From Polaromonas sp. (GTDB lineage: Bacteria > Pseudomonadota > Gammaproteobacteria > Burkholderiales > Burkholderiaceae_C): DNA of 50,400 nt. The translations under genes and the position numbers were made by a program. The DNA is taken from positions 1 to 50,400 of the forward strand of contig JAQGMZ010000145.1 of NCBI GenBank assembly GCA_028292045.1. Reading direction: 5' to 3'. Of this stretch, positions 28,200 to 38,409 are shown in pieces; within the stretch, counting starts at the first letter, position 1; every line of letters begins with the position of its first letter. The notes beneath the pieces were generated by a model that saw nothing but the letters and a program-made list of their open reading frames with translations, ran no database searches and was not told the origin of the DNA.

Positions 28200-28826
28200 T
28201 TAAGCGTTGGCGCCGCGCAACGCAGCTTCGACCGCAGCCTGCGTCGTGATCGTGGCGTACAGCGGGAGCAGGTTGCGCAGCACAAATTCATGCGATTCAA
28301 CCGTGGCGCCGGCAATGCAGTCCTCTGGCACCAGTACCTGGTAACCCAAGTCCGAACCTGCCAGCGCAGTGGCATTGACCGCCACATTGGTCGAGACGCC
28401 CACCACCACCAAGGTTTTTACGCCCAGATGGCGCAGCGTCGTGTCCAGTTCGGTGCCGTGGAAAGAACCCAGCGCGAAACGGCGCGATTGAACATGGTCG
28501 CTTTCCTGAGGCTCCAGGCCGGGCATGGCTTCGACGTCCATGCTGCCAGCCTTCATGTGGCCCTTCTTGACCGAGCTGGCAATGATCCAGCTGGTGCGGG
28601 GCACGTCGGCATAGTCGGGTCGGTGCGCGACATGCAAATGAACAACCGGCATTTTCGCGTTGCGAAAAACTTGCGCAAGGCGGGCAATGCGAGGCACGAT
28701 GCCGCGTGCGCTGGCCTGTTCGGACAAGGTAGCAAAAGGCGAGAGCCCTGGCTCCAGAACACCGCGCTGGCATTCGCTGATGAGCAGGGCAGTGCGGATT
28801 CCCGCTTCTAGGCCGCGAAGTGACAT
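28200..28826 (-). CDS. Isochorismatase/cysteine-hydrolase family protein
   Basis: ALLISECQ, SFHGTELD..LR.LGV.TLVVVGVSTNVAV, GYQVLVPEDC motifs; GGAG RBS. Confidence 0.88.
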   Translation of the reverse strand: MSLRGLEAGIRTALLISECQRGVLEPGLSPFATLSEQASARGIVPRIARLAQVFRNAKMPVVHLHVAHRPDYADVPRTSWIIASSVKKGHMKAGSMDVEAMPGLEPQESDHVQSRRFALGSFHGTELDTTLRHLGVKTLVVVGVSTNVAVNATALAGSDLGYQVLVPEDCIAGATVESHEFVLRNLLPLYATITTQAAVEAALRGANA

Positions 28827-28879
28827 TGTTAGCTCCGTAGTTGCTGTCCAACCGTAAAGGTAGGTATTTCAGAACCATC

Positions 28880-28902
28880 ATAACTGATATATCGTCAGTT
28901 AT
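28880..28902. promoter_or_regulatory. Palindromic operator copy 5
   Basis: ATAACTGA-tatatcg-TCAGTTAT, perfect arms, ~55 bp upstream of the isochorismatase-ligase-ACAD operon. Confidence 0.85.
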
Positions 28903-29061
28903 TATTTGGATCGTCCAGTTCGGGCTAAAATGAAAAAATAGATGCCCAGTGCTTGAGCAGACAGGCCTACAAATAAGATTTTGTGAAGTTATTCCATTTA
29001 TTTGTAATTGGCCATTAAATTTGCTCTCACTTGAAAAGTGAATATGGCTTGCCCGCTCACT

Positions 29062-29214
29062 GCACAAAGCAGTATCGAAGTCGACTGGAAAGTGCGCAAC
29101 ACGGCCCGCACGGCCGCTGAGTTGCGCATCGCGATGGACACTTGCCACCGGAAACTCGATTGAATTTGGCGCAAACCGCCCTGGCGCTAAGAACTCCTGC
29201 TCAAGAAGGCACAA
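29062..29214 (+). pseudogene. Possible decayed 3' end of a type I restriction subunit gene (HsdR, DUF3387-like)
   Basis: One frame reads QSSIEVDWKVRNTARTAAELRIAM...*IWRKPPWR*ELLLKKAQ, reminiscent of the HsdR tail 'VDW.VRE.ARAKLR...YPP...ELVLKQAE'; two in-frame stops. Confidence 0.35.
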
Positions 29215-29243
29215 GGGCAGGGATTCAAAGCAAGAGTAGCCCT

Positions 29244-29273
29244 TGGCTCTGGCTCTGGCTCTGGCTCTGGCTC
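29244..29273 (+). repeat. Hexanucleotide tandem repeat (TGGCTC)x5
   Basis: Five perfect copies read directly. Confidence 0.95.
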
Positions 29274-29565
29274 TTTTTCCAGGGTGATTGGTCAATATTT
29301 TGACTTTTTGATCCGGTTTTTCCTTTATATAAGCCGGAAAATGTGCCCATGTTCATGAAGATGGTGTTGATGGAATGGAGCATGTTGTCGGCTAATTCAT
29401 CATATGCAACCGGAACCTGTTGCCAGCTTACGCAGGGCGGGCTTGCGCATTGAACGCTTAACCGGTGCAAAGCCGGTAAAGTAGCTGCCATGAAACCACA
29501 TGCCGCCCATTTGCACGGTGCAAGTTCCCGATCCGTTGCAACCGACACCACAGCAGGCAAGGGCC

Positions 29566-30048
29566 GTGGCTGACGCTCTATGGTGGGTCCTAAGCACGGG
29601 CCTGATCCTGCTAGGCCTGGCCGGCATTGTGCTGCCCGCCTTGCCCGGCACGGTGCTGGTGCTCGCGGGGATTGTGGTGGGGGCCTGGATTGACGACTTC
29701 ACCCGGGTTGGCTGGTTCGCAATCGCAACTTGCACGGTGTTGGCCGCCCTGGCGTGGGTGCTGGACTATGTGGCCGCACTGCTTGGCGCCAAGCGCGCTG
29801 GCGCCAGCCGTCAAGCCGTGATTGGCGCGGCGCTGGGCACTGTGGCTGGTATTTTCATGGGCCTGGTCGGTGTGTTTTTCATGCCGTTGGTGGGCGCCGC
29901 CATAGGCGAGTTCATCGCCCGCAAAGACCATAACCGCGCAGTGAAAGTGGGCGTTGCCACGTGGCTCGGGCTGATGGCCGGCATGCTGGGCAAGGTCGTG
30001 CTGGCGTTCACGATGGTTGGAACTTACTTGGTGGCGCTGCTGCTTTAG
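29566..30048 (+). CDS. DUF456 family membrane protein
   Basis: GLAGIVLPALPG, LDYVAALLGAKRAGAS, PLVGAAIGE motifs. A GTG start at 29566 is preferred over 29500. Confidence 0.85.
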   Translation: MADALWWVLSTGLILLGLAGIVLPALPGTVLVLAGIVVGAWIDDFTRVGWFAIATCTVLAALAWVLDYVAALLGAKRAGASRQAVIGAALGTVAGIFMGLVGVFFMPLVGAAIGEFIARKDHNRAVKVGVATWLGLMAGMLGKVVLAFTMVGTYLVALLL

Positions 30049-30414
30049 CTAATCTACTGCGCGTGCGGCACGGCCGACTAACGCAGCACACTGAGATCCG
30101 GGGCAACCCAGCGCAGCGATTGAGGACCGCAGCTTATTGAGGCTAACTCACTGCGCTCAAACCTTAAGGGCCGGGCGTGGCTGGAGAAAGGCCCATTGCG
30201 CTCCATTCGTATCAATGACACCGGCCCAGGCTGGGCTGCGCTTTGCTGAGGGCTGGTGAGTGAAGCCCAACCAGCACGGTCTGTTGCGTGGCGAGATTGG
30301 CCCCAAGCCAGCGGGCTAATGCATGACCATCAAGTCTCGCCATGCCAATGGGAAGAATGAACATTTGGGTGCCCGGCAGTCATGCAACACTCCCAGCTAG
30401 GTTCATTCATCACA

Positions 30415-31458
30415 TCACGTCGTGCGCATCAGCCCTTCATGAACGGCCAGGCGTTCCAGCGCGGTTTCAAACATGTGTCGCGCCGAACCCGCCGTGTGCT
30501 GCAGGTAAGCGTGCAGCGCGGCTTCCGCAGGACTGAGCTGTGCGCATGTGGCGCTGTAAGCCTCGAAATGCGACAGCCGCATCAGCAGATCGACCACATG
30601 GTGTGGGCATTCGCAGCTGATGGTTGTCGACAGCCCAGCAAATTCAGCCAGGGCCGCGTCGTCGTATCGACGCGGCGGAACCTTGCTTGTGGCGCCCATC
30701 GGCTCAGCCGCCACAGGGGAAGTTGCAGACCCGGAAGTCTGCTCTTTCGCCAAGTCAACACCTAAGCCATGCAACCAGTCGGCCAGCGCCAGGTCAGTCT
30801 GCGGCTCGTGCAGCAGCGCCACATCGGCAACCGAATACGCTTTGCACACCAACTCGGCGGAAAAACTGTACAGCACCCCTATTTGGCGCGCACCCAGCGC
30901 ATTGGCGGCCGCCTGCAGTTCGGCCAGCGATCCTTCGTGTAACCCACTGACCTGTACCAGCAGCGCATCGATTGCTTCACCGGCAAGCGTCTCGACCGCT
31001 TGTTTCAAACTTTCAAACGGACCGCCCATGTGCAGCGATCGTCCCAGCCGGCGCGCCACCGATGGCCTTTGCAACCGATGCGCCAATCCATCTCCAACCA
31101 CCACGACCCGCCACGGCGCTGGCCTTGGTGACAGCGATTGATCTGATCCGGCCACCGTACTGACATGGGTTGCCGCCACTTGCCTTAGCTCCCCTATACC
31201 CAATGCGGCAATCGTGCTGATGGCATGCCCCATGTCGGTCAACTGCTTGAGCAAGGCAATGCGTTTAACGTCTGCGGCCGAGTACAGGCGGTGGCTCGAC
31301 AGGGCAGGGGTTGGAGGCGTCAGGTGGAAACGCCGCTCCCAAATTCGCAGGGTGGCCACAGGCATGCGCACCATGCGGCTCACTGCGCCGGCGCGGTAGC
31401 GCGGTATGAACTCGTCGCTTTGGGGAGATAAGGAATAGGGCAGGGGAGGCGTGGACAT
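30415..31458 (-). CDS. MerR-family transcriptional regulator with C-terminal CECP-H domain
   Basis: HTH YRAGAVSRMVRMPVATLRIWERRF...HRLYS; C-terminal CECPHH...FEAYSATC...LH. Confidence 0.88.
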   Translation of the reverse strand: MSTPPLPYSLSPQSDEFIPRYRAGAVSRMVRMPVATLRIWERRFHLTPPTPALSSHRLYSAADVKRIALLKQLTDMGHAISTIAALGIGELRQVAATHVSTVAGSDQSLSPRPAPWRVVVVGDGLAHRLQRPSVARRLGRSLHMGGPFESLKQAVETLAGEAIDALLVQVSGLHEGSLAELQAAANALGARQIGVLYSFSAELVCKAYSVADVALLHEPQTDLALADWLHGLGVDLAKEQTSGSATSPVAAEPMGATSKVPPRRYDDAALAEFAGLSTTISCECPHHVVDLLMRLSHFEAYSATCAQLSPAEAALHAYLQHTAGSARHMFETALERLAVHEGLMRTT

Positions 31459-31531
31459 GGTAGGAGACCTTGAAAAAATTCCAGGACACGGGACTCACGT
31501 CAATTACGTGATGGGAACAATTTTGACGCAT

Positions 31532-31550
31532 GTTTGAAACGTATTCAAAC
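31532..31550. promoter_or_regulatory. Inverted repeat upstream of the MerR-family gene
   Basis: GTTTGAA-acgta-TTCAAAC, overlapping a possible minus-strand TTGAAT-N17-CAAAAT promoter. Confidence 0.35.
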
Positions 31551-31916
31551 CTCAAAATTTACTAAGAAACAACAAGCCTGATAACTTGCCTTTTCTCGGT
31601 AGCTGACTGATCAAGCGGGTCGACAAAAAACCAGATCAACGCAGCGTACGAGAGATAGGCACTCAAATACCCACTGTAGAACAGCCTTACTCTACTGCGT
31701 CTAGACGCTGCAGTTCATCTTTCTGATTGTCAAGATAAGGCGCAACCTGCCTCAAGCATTGCCAAACCAAAATTTTATGAGTCGTTTTTGAATCAATTTA
31801 CTTGACTGATATTTAAGTTATTTGAATCGTAAATTCCATGTTTAGCATCGTTTTAAGTACATTTTTCACATTCATTGTTTTCACATCAACATCACTGTTT
31901 CATTGGAAAGAAAAAC

Positions 31917-34112
<2,196 letters not shown>

Positions 34113-34129
34113 CAGAGGAGCATATTGCT

Positions 34130-34606
34130 ATGTCGCATCACTTCCAAATTCGCCGGCTCGCCGGCGCCTTGTGCCTGCTCGCCCCGATGCTGCTGGCGCC
34201 GCTGTCCGCCCATGCGCAGAACCGCATGAACGCCAAGGCCGTGGCGGTAACGTCCAACGGGCCCGTCACCAATGTCGAAGCCGTCAATTTCGCGGGATCG
34301 GCCGTGGTCAACAGCCGCCTGGTGCCCGACCCCGAGTTCGGCAGGCCCTCGCTGGTCATGCAATTCGATTTGACCGGCGTGACCGGCACCGGCGCGAAAA
34401 GCGGCATCAAATATGTGCTCACGAGCCAGGAGCACGTTGTCAAGCCGTTCGCTTCGAATCAGAACGTTGAGTTCACCTTCCCCATGGCGACGGACGAGAA
34501 CGCGCCGATTGCCAAAGTGCGCACCGGATCGGCGCGCTTCGTCATGAACGTCGAGCCTGCGAGCGGGCTGATCACCTCGGTCAATGCCGTTTTGACGGCG
34601 CGCTAA
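34130..34606 (+). CDS. Secreted hypothetical protein, beta-rich (158 aa)
   Basis: GAGGAG RBS; Sec signal ending AHA; operon position between the MCO and SCO genes. Confidence 0.8.
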   Translation: MSHHFQIRRLAGALCLLAPMLLAPLSAHAQNRMNAKAVAVTSNGPVTNVEAVNFAGSAVVNSRLVPDPEFGRPSLVMQFDLTGVTGTGAKSGIKYVLTSQEHVVKPFASNQNVEFTFPMATDENAPIAKVRTGSARFVMNVEPASGLITSVNAVLTAR

Positions 34607-34633
34607 AGTCCTAAAGCGGCAGGAGCCAACACC

Positions 34634-35680
34634 ATGCAGTTTTTCAGCAAGACGGCGGCCTGGAGCCTCGCCGGCATGGCGCTGATCGCGTCAGCTCTGC
34701 TTTACGCAGAAGGCGCCTTTGAGCGCAAGCCCTGGGGCGCCGAGCATTTTCCGAACGTGGTGCTGACGACCCAGCACGGCAAGAAGGTGCGCCTCTACGA
34801 CGATCTGATCAAAGGCAAGGCGGTGGCGTTCAACACCTTTTTCGCTGGCTGCGGGGATGTCTGCCCGCTGGGCACGGCCAAGATGCTTGAACTGCAAAAG
34901 CTTTTGGGCGATCGGGTCGGCCGGGACATTTTCTTTTATTCCATCAGCATCGACCCGATCCACGACACGGCCGAGTCGCTCAAGGCGTATGCCGACCGCT
35001 TCAACATCGGCCCCGGATGGCTGTTCCTGACGGGCAGCGAAAAAGACGTGCAGGTCGCCACCAAAAAGCTCGGCCTCGGGACGCTGCAGGCGACAGCGCC
35101 GCGTGACAACCACAGCACCACGCTGATGGTCGGGCATGAGCCGAGTGGCCAGTGGATGAAGAACTCGGTGACGGACAATCCGCGCTTTGTGGCCGGCAGC
35201 ATCCAGACCTTTCTTGGATGGCCCGATTTGCTGCAGAGCAAAAACTATGCACAGGCCAGTCCGCTGCAGCTCACCAATGGCCAGTTCCTGTTTCAAAACG
35301 GCTGCATGGCGTGCCACAGCATCGGCGCGGGCGACAAGATCGGCCCGGACCTGCTCGGCGTCACCGAGCGGCGCCAACGCGACTGGCTTGAAAAATTCGT
35401 GCTGGTGCCCGACGAGGTGCTTGCCGCCGGTGACCCGGTGGCCAATGAGCTGCTGAAAAAATACAAAGGCGTGCGCATGCCCAACCTCGGCCTGTCGCGG
35501 GCCGACGTGGCCGACATCCTGGCGCACATCGAGACCCGTACGAGCGAGGTGCGCGACCGGCAGGCGCTGGCAGAGGCCGCGCAGCCTGGCCTGGCGGGCC
35601 GATCCGATGCGCCAGCAGGATCACCGGCGGCTCAACAGGCAACACCATCAACAGCAACTCAACAAGCCCTAAGGGAGTGA
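34634..35680 (+). CDS. SCO1/SenC copper chaperone fused to a cytochrome c domain
   Basis: CGDVCP (CxxxC), SISIDP.HDT, His in DNHST; C-terminal CMACH heme motif and RMP Met ligand. Confidence 0.92.
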   Translation: MQFFSKTAAWSLAGMALIASALLYAEGAFERKPWGAEHFPNVVLTTQHGKKVRLYDDLIKGKAVAFNTFFAGCGDVCPLGTAKMLELQKLLGDRVGRDIFFYSISIDPIHDTAESLKAYADRFNIGPGWLFLTGSEKDVQVATKKLGLGTLQATAPRDNHSTTLMVGHEPSGQWMKNSVTDNPRFVAGSIQTFLGWPDLLQSKNYAQASPLQLTNGQFLFQNGCMACHSIGAGDKIGPDLLGVTERRQRDWLEKFVLVPDEVLAAGDPVANELLKKYKGVRMPNLGLSRADVADILAHIETRTSEVRDRQALAEAAQPGLAGRSDAPAGSPAAQQATPSTATQQALRE

Positions 35681-35684
35681 CAGC

Positions 35685-37871
35685 ATGATGAAGTGCAGTG
35701 CGGATGGGCCGGCGCCAGGCAAGCGGTGGATGCGGCGCTTGATTGTGCTGGCTTCTGCCGGGGTCCTGGCTGCTTGTGGCGGGGGTAGCACGCAGGAGGG
35801 GCGAGCGACGGAGCCTGCGCAAGGCGGCGGCAACGCCGCAAGCCTCGTGGCGTTGGGCGCCCCGATAACGGCATTACCTGCCGTGCCGTCTCTTCAGACC
35901 TTGCGCAACGTCACGCCGCCGGAGCCCTCAGGCACCGAAGCCGGGCGGCCCGTCGGGCTGGCGGACTACGTCAGCGACCGCGCCGCAGCCGTTCGCCTGG
36001 GCAAAGCGCTCTTTTGGGACATGAACGTCGGCAGCGACGGCAACACCGCCTGCGCGACCTGCCACTTCCAGGCCGGCGCCGACAACCGCGTGACCAACCA
36101 GGTCAATCCCGGCCTGGCGAACGTGAATCAGTCGATCGCCTCGCGCTTCAACAAGCCTTTTATCGCCAGTGGCGTTCCGGGCGATGTGCCTGCCTACGCA
36201 ATGAAATCCGGCGGCCAGGGAGGACCCAACTACACCTTGGCGCTGGCCGACTTTCCCCTGCACGTGCTGGCCGATCCGCTGAACCGCGATTCGGCCATCG
36301 TGTACTCCAACGACGACGTGGTCGGCTCGCAAGGCGTGTTCGACGCCAACTTCGTGCAGCCCGGTCAATCGCGCTTTGACGACTGCACGCTGCGGCCCGA
36401 CGGCATCTTCCATGTTGGCGGAATCAACACCCGGCAGACCACGGACCGCAACTCGCCGACCGTGATCAACGCAGCGCTCAACGTACGCAACTTCTGGGAT
36501 GGTCGTGCCAACAACGTGTTCAACGGCTTTTCACCGTTCGGCAACCGCGACCCGGACGCCGGCATCTGGGTGACGACCTCGGCCGGCGGCTCGCCCACCA
36601 AGGCGCGGCTCGCCCTGAAAGACGCAAGCGCTGCCTCGCAGGCCGTGGGACCGCCGGGCAGCCATGTCGAGATGTCGTGCGGCGGCCGCTCGTTTCCAAA
36701 CATCGCCCGCCGGGTGCTCGACCTGCCGGCGCTCAACCGCCAGGTGGTCGATCCGACCGACTCGGTGCTGGCTTCGTTCAGCGGCGCGCTCAAGCCCAAG
36801 TACCGCGAGTTGATCCAGGCGGCTTTCCTGCCGCGCCTGTGGAATTCGGCGCAGCCGGTGTTGCTCGGCGGCATTGCCTACAGCCAGGCCGAGGCGAACT
36901 TTCCGCTGTTCTTTGGGTTGGCCATCCAGTTGTACGAAGCAACGCTCTTGTCCGACCAGGCGCCCCTTGATGCCTATCTCCAAGGCAATACCCAAGTGCT
37001 CAGCGCTTCCGAAATTCGGGGAATGAACCTCTTCAGCGGCAAGGCGCAATGTGTCAGCTGCCATGGCGGACCGGAACTGACCAACGCTGCAACCCGGCTG
37101 CGCTTGGCGCCTGCCGAACGGATCGAGCGAATGCTCATGGGCGATGGCCAGGCGGCAATCTACGACAACGGCTTTTACAACATCGGCGTTCGGCCGACGA
37201 GTGAAGACCTGGGAGTCGGCGCAAAGGATCCTTGGGGCACACCTTTGTCGTTCACCCGGCAGTACCGCACGAGCCTTCAGGGCGGCGTCATGCCGGATCT
37301 TTTCACCGTCGACGTTTGCTCGTTCGAGGTGCCGGTATCGACCACCAGGACCTGCGATCCGAAGAAGCTGCCTGGTACTGACTTTCGCGACGCCGTCGAT
37401 GGTTCCTTCAAGACACCAGGGCTGCGCAATGTCGCGCTGACCGGGCCGTACTTTCACAACGGCAGCCGGGCCACGCTGGAGCAGGTGCTGGAGTTTTACA
37501 ACCGAGGCGGAGATCGCCGGGGGTCAGATGCCAGCAACACCAGCCGCTTTGGCCCGAACGGCTCGAATCTCGATCCGGACATCAAGCCGCTGGGCTTGAG
37601 TGCGTCGGAATTGACCGATCTGGCCGCCTTCTTGAAGGCACCGCTCACGGACCCGCGGGTCGCTTGGGAGCGCGCACCGTTTGACCATCCATCGCTGAGT
37701 CTGCCCAACGGGCACGTGGGCGACGACACGGCCGTGGCCGGCCAGCAATCGAGCGATCCAAAAATCGCCAAGCGCGCTCAGGACGTGCAGATGAACATTC
37801 AGGCCGTTGGCCGGGACGGCAGGCCGGCAAACGGCGGCCCGCTGCAGCCTTTCAACTTATCGTTTAAATAG
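35685..37871 (+). CDS. Di-heme cytochrome c peroxidase/MauG-superfamily lipoprotein
   Basis: Lipobox LAAC; LGKALFWD, CATCH, NFWDGRA, CVSCH, FKTPGLRNVALTGPYFHNG motifs. Confidence 0.9.
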   Translation: MMKCSADGPAPGKRWMRRLIVLASAGVLAACGGGSTQEGRATEPAQGGGNAASLVALGAPITALPAVPSLQTLRNVTPPEPSGTEAGRPVGLADYVSDRAAAVRLGKALFWDMNVGSDGNTACATCHFQAGADNRVTNQVNPGLANVNQSIASRFNKPFIASGVPGDVPAYAMKSGGQGGPNYTLALADFPLHVLADPLNRDSAIVYSNDDVVGSQGVFDANFVQPGQSRFDDCTLRPDGIFHVGGINTRQTTDRNSPTVINAALNVRNFWDGRANNVFNGFSPFGNRDPDAGIWVTTSAGGSPTKARLALKDASAASQAVGPPGSHVEMSCGGRSFPNIARRVLDLPALNRQVVDPTDSVLASFSGALKPKYRELIQAAFLPRLWNSAQPVLLGGIAYSQAEANFPLFFGLAIQLYEATLLSDQAPLDAYLQGNTQVLSASEIRGMNLFSGKAQCVSCHGGPELTNAATRLRLAPAERIERMLMGDGQAAIYDNGFYNIGVRPTSEDLGVGAKDPWGTPLSFTRQYRTSLQGGVMPDLFTVDVCSFEVPVSTTRTCDPKKLPGTDFRDAVDGSFKTPGLRNVALTGPYFHNGSRATLEQVLEFYNRGGDRRGSDASNTSRFGPNGSNLDPDIKPLGLSASELTDLAAFLKAPLTDPRVAWERAPFDHPSLSLPNGHVGDDTAVAGQQSSDPKIAKRAQDVQMNIQAVGRDGRPANGGPLQPFNLSFK

Positions 37872-37885
37872 ATAAATCCAGGGCC

Positions 37886-38293
37886 ATGCAGCAGGCGATG
37901 GTTTCAGCACCCATGCAGCCAATTCGCCGGTACGGGCTGGGCGCGGTCAACTGGTACACCGGGCAGACGCTTGTCATCACGCGCAAGCACAAACGGCGGC
38001 AAGAAGTGGCCGAGTTGCTCGAAGCTTTGCACCAGCGCCACAAAGACGGACGAATCTACGTGGCCTGGGACAATGCAGTACGCACCAGGATGAAAAAATC
38101 GAGGCGAAGCGCTGACGGGCGTTTGATCCTTCTGAGCCTGCCGACCTATGGCCCTTGGCTCGATCCGATTGAAATGGTCTGGAGACACTTCAGACGCGAG
38201 GTCGCCCACTGCGAACTGTTCGGCAGCATCGAGGCGTTGCTGGAATCGGCGCTACGCACATCCCGCAGAAGTCATGCAGTTGTAGTTCCATGA
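37886..38293 (+). pseudogene. IS630-family transposase remnant (partial DDE_3 domain)
   Basis: GAVNWYTG, IYVAWDNA, LPTYGPWLDPIEMVWR motifs; no N-terminal HTH and degraded internally. Confidence 0.8.
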
Positions 38294-38409
38294 CCAGCGG
38301 CCTTGGTTCATTCAGGTCGGGAAAACCAAAAGTCGCATGGGAGCTATTGTTTTCAGGGGGTCGCCAATTTTCGCCTTGCCGCCTTGCCGCGCGGCCATGG
38401 GCGATGGGG

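Noticed and set aside
26631-28811. 726-aa plus-strand ORF and similar long antisense ORFs (e.g. 5351-6745, 6351-7631, 14499-15752)
   Set aside because: These are shadow frames of well-supported genes in high-GC DNA and have no recognisable motifs.
1718-28902. The palindromes as CRISPR repeats or transposon ends
   Set aside because: They are isolated copies kilobases apart, always at promoters, with no spacers, cas genes or associated transposase.
28297-29295. 332-aa minus-strand ORF with an RARARA tract
   Set aside because: It overlaps the isochorismatase gene out of frame and spans operator 5; the RA tract is only the microsatellite.
30049-30414. Possible ncRNA or riboswitch in long intergenic gaps (also 41530-41880 and 47120-47650)
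   Set aside because: I could recognise no conserved RNA motif by eye; an Rfam/Infernal scan would be needed.
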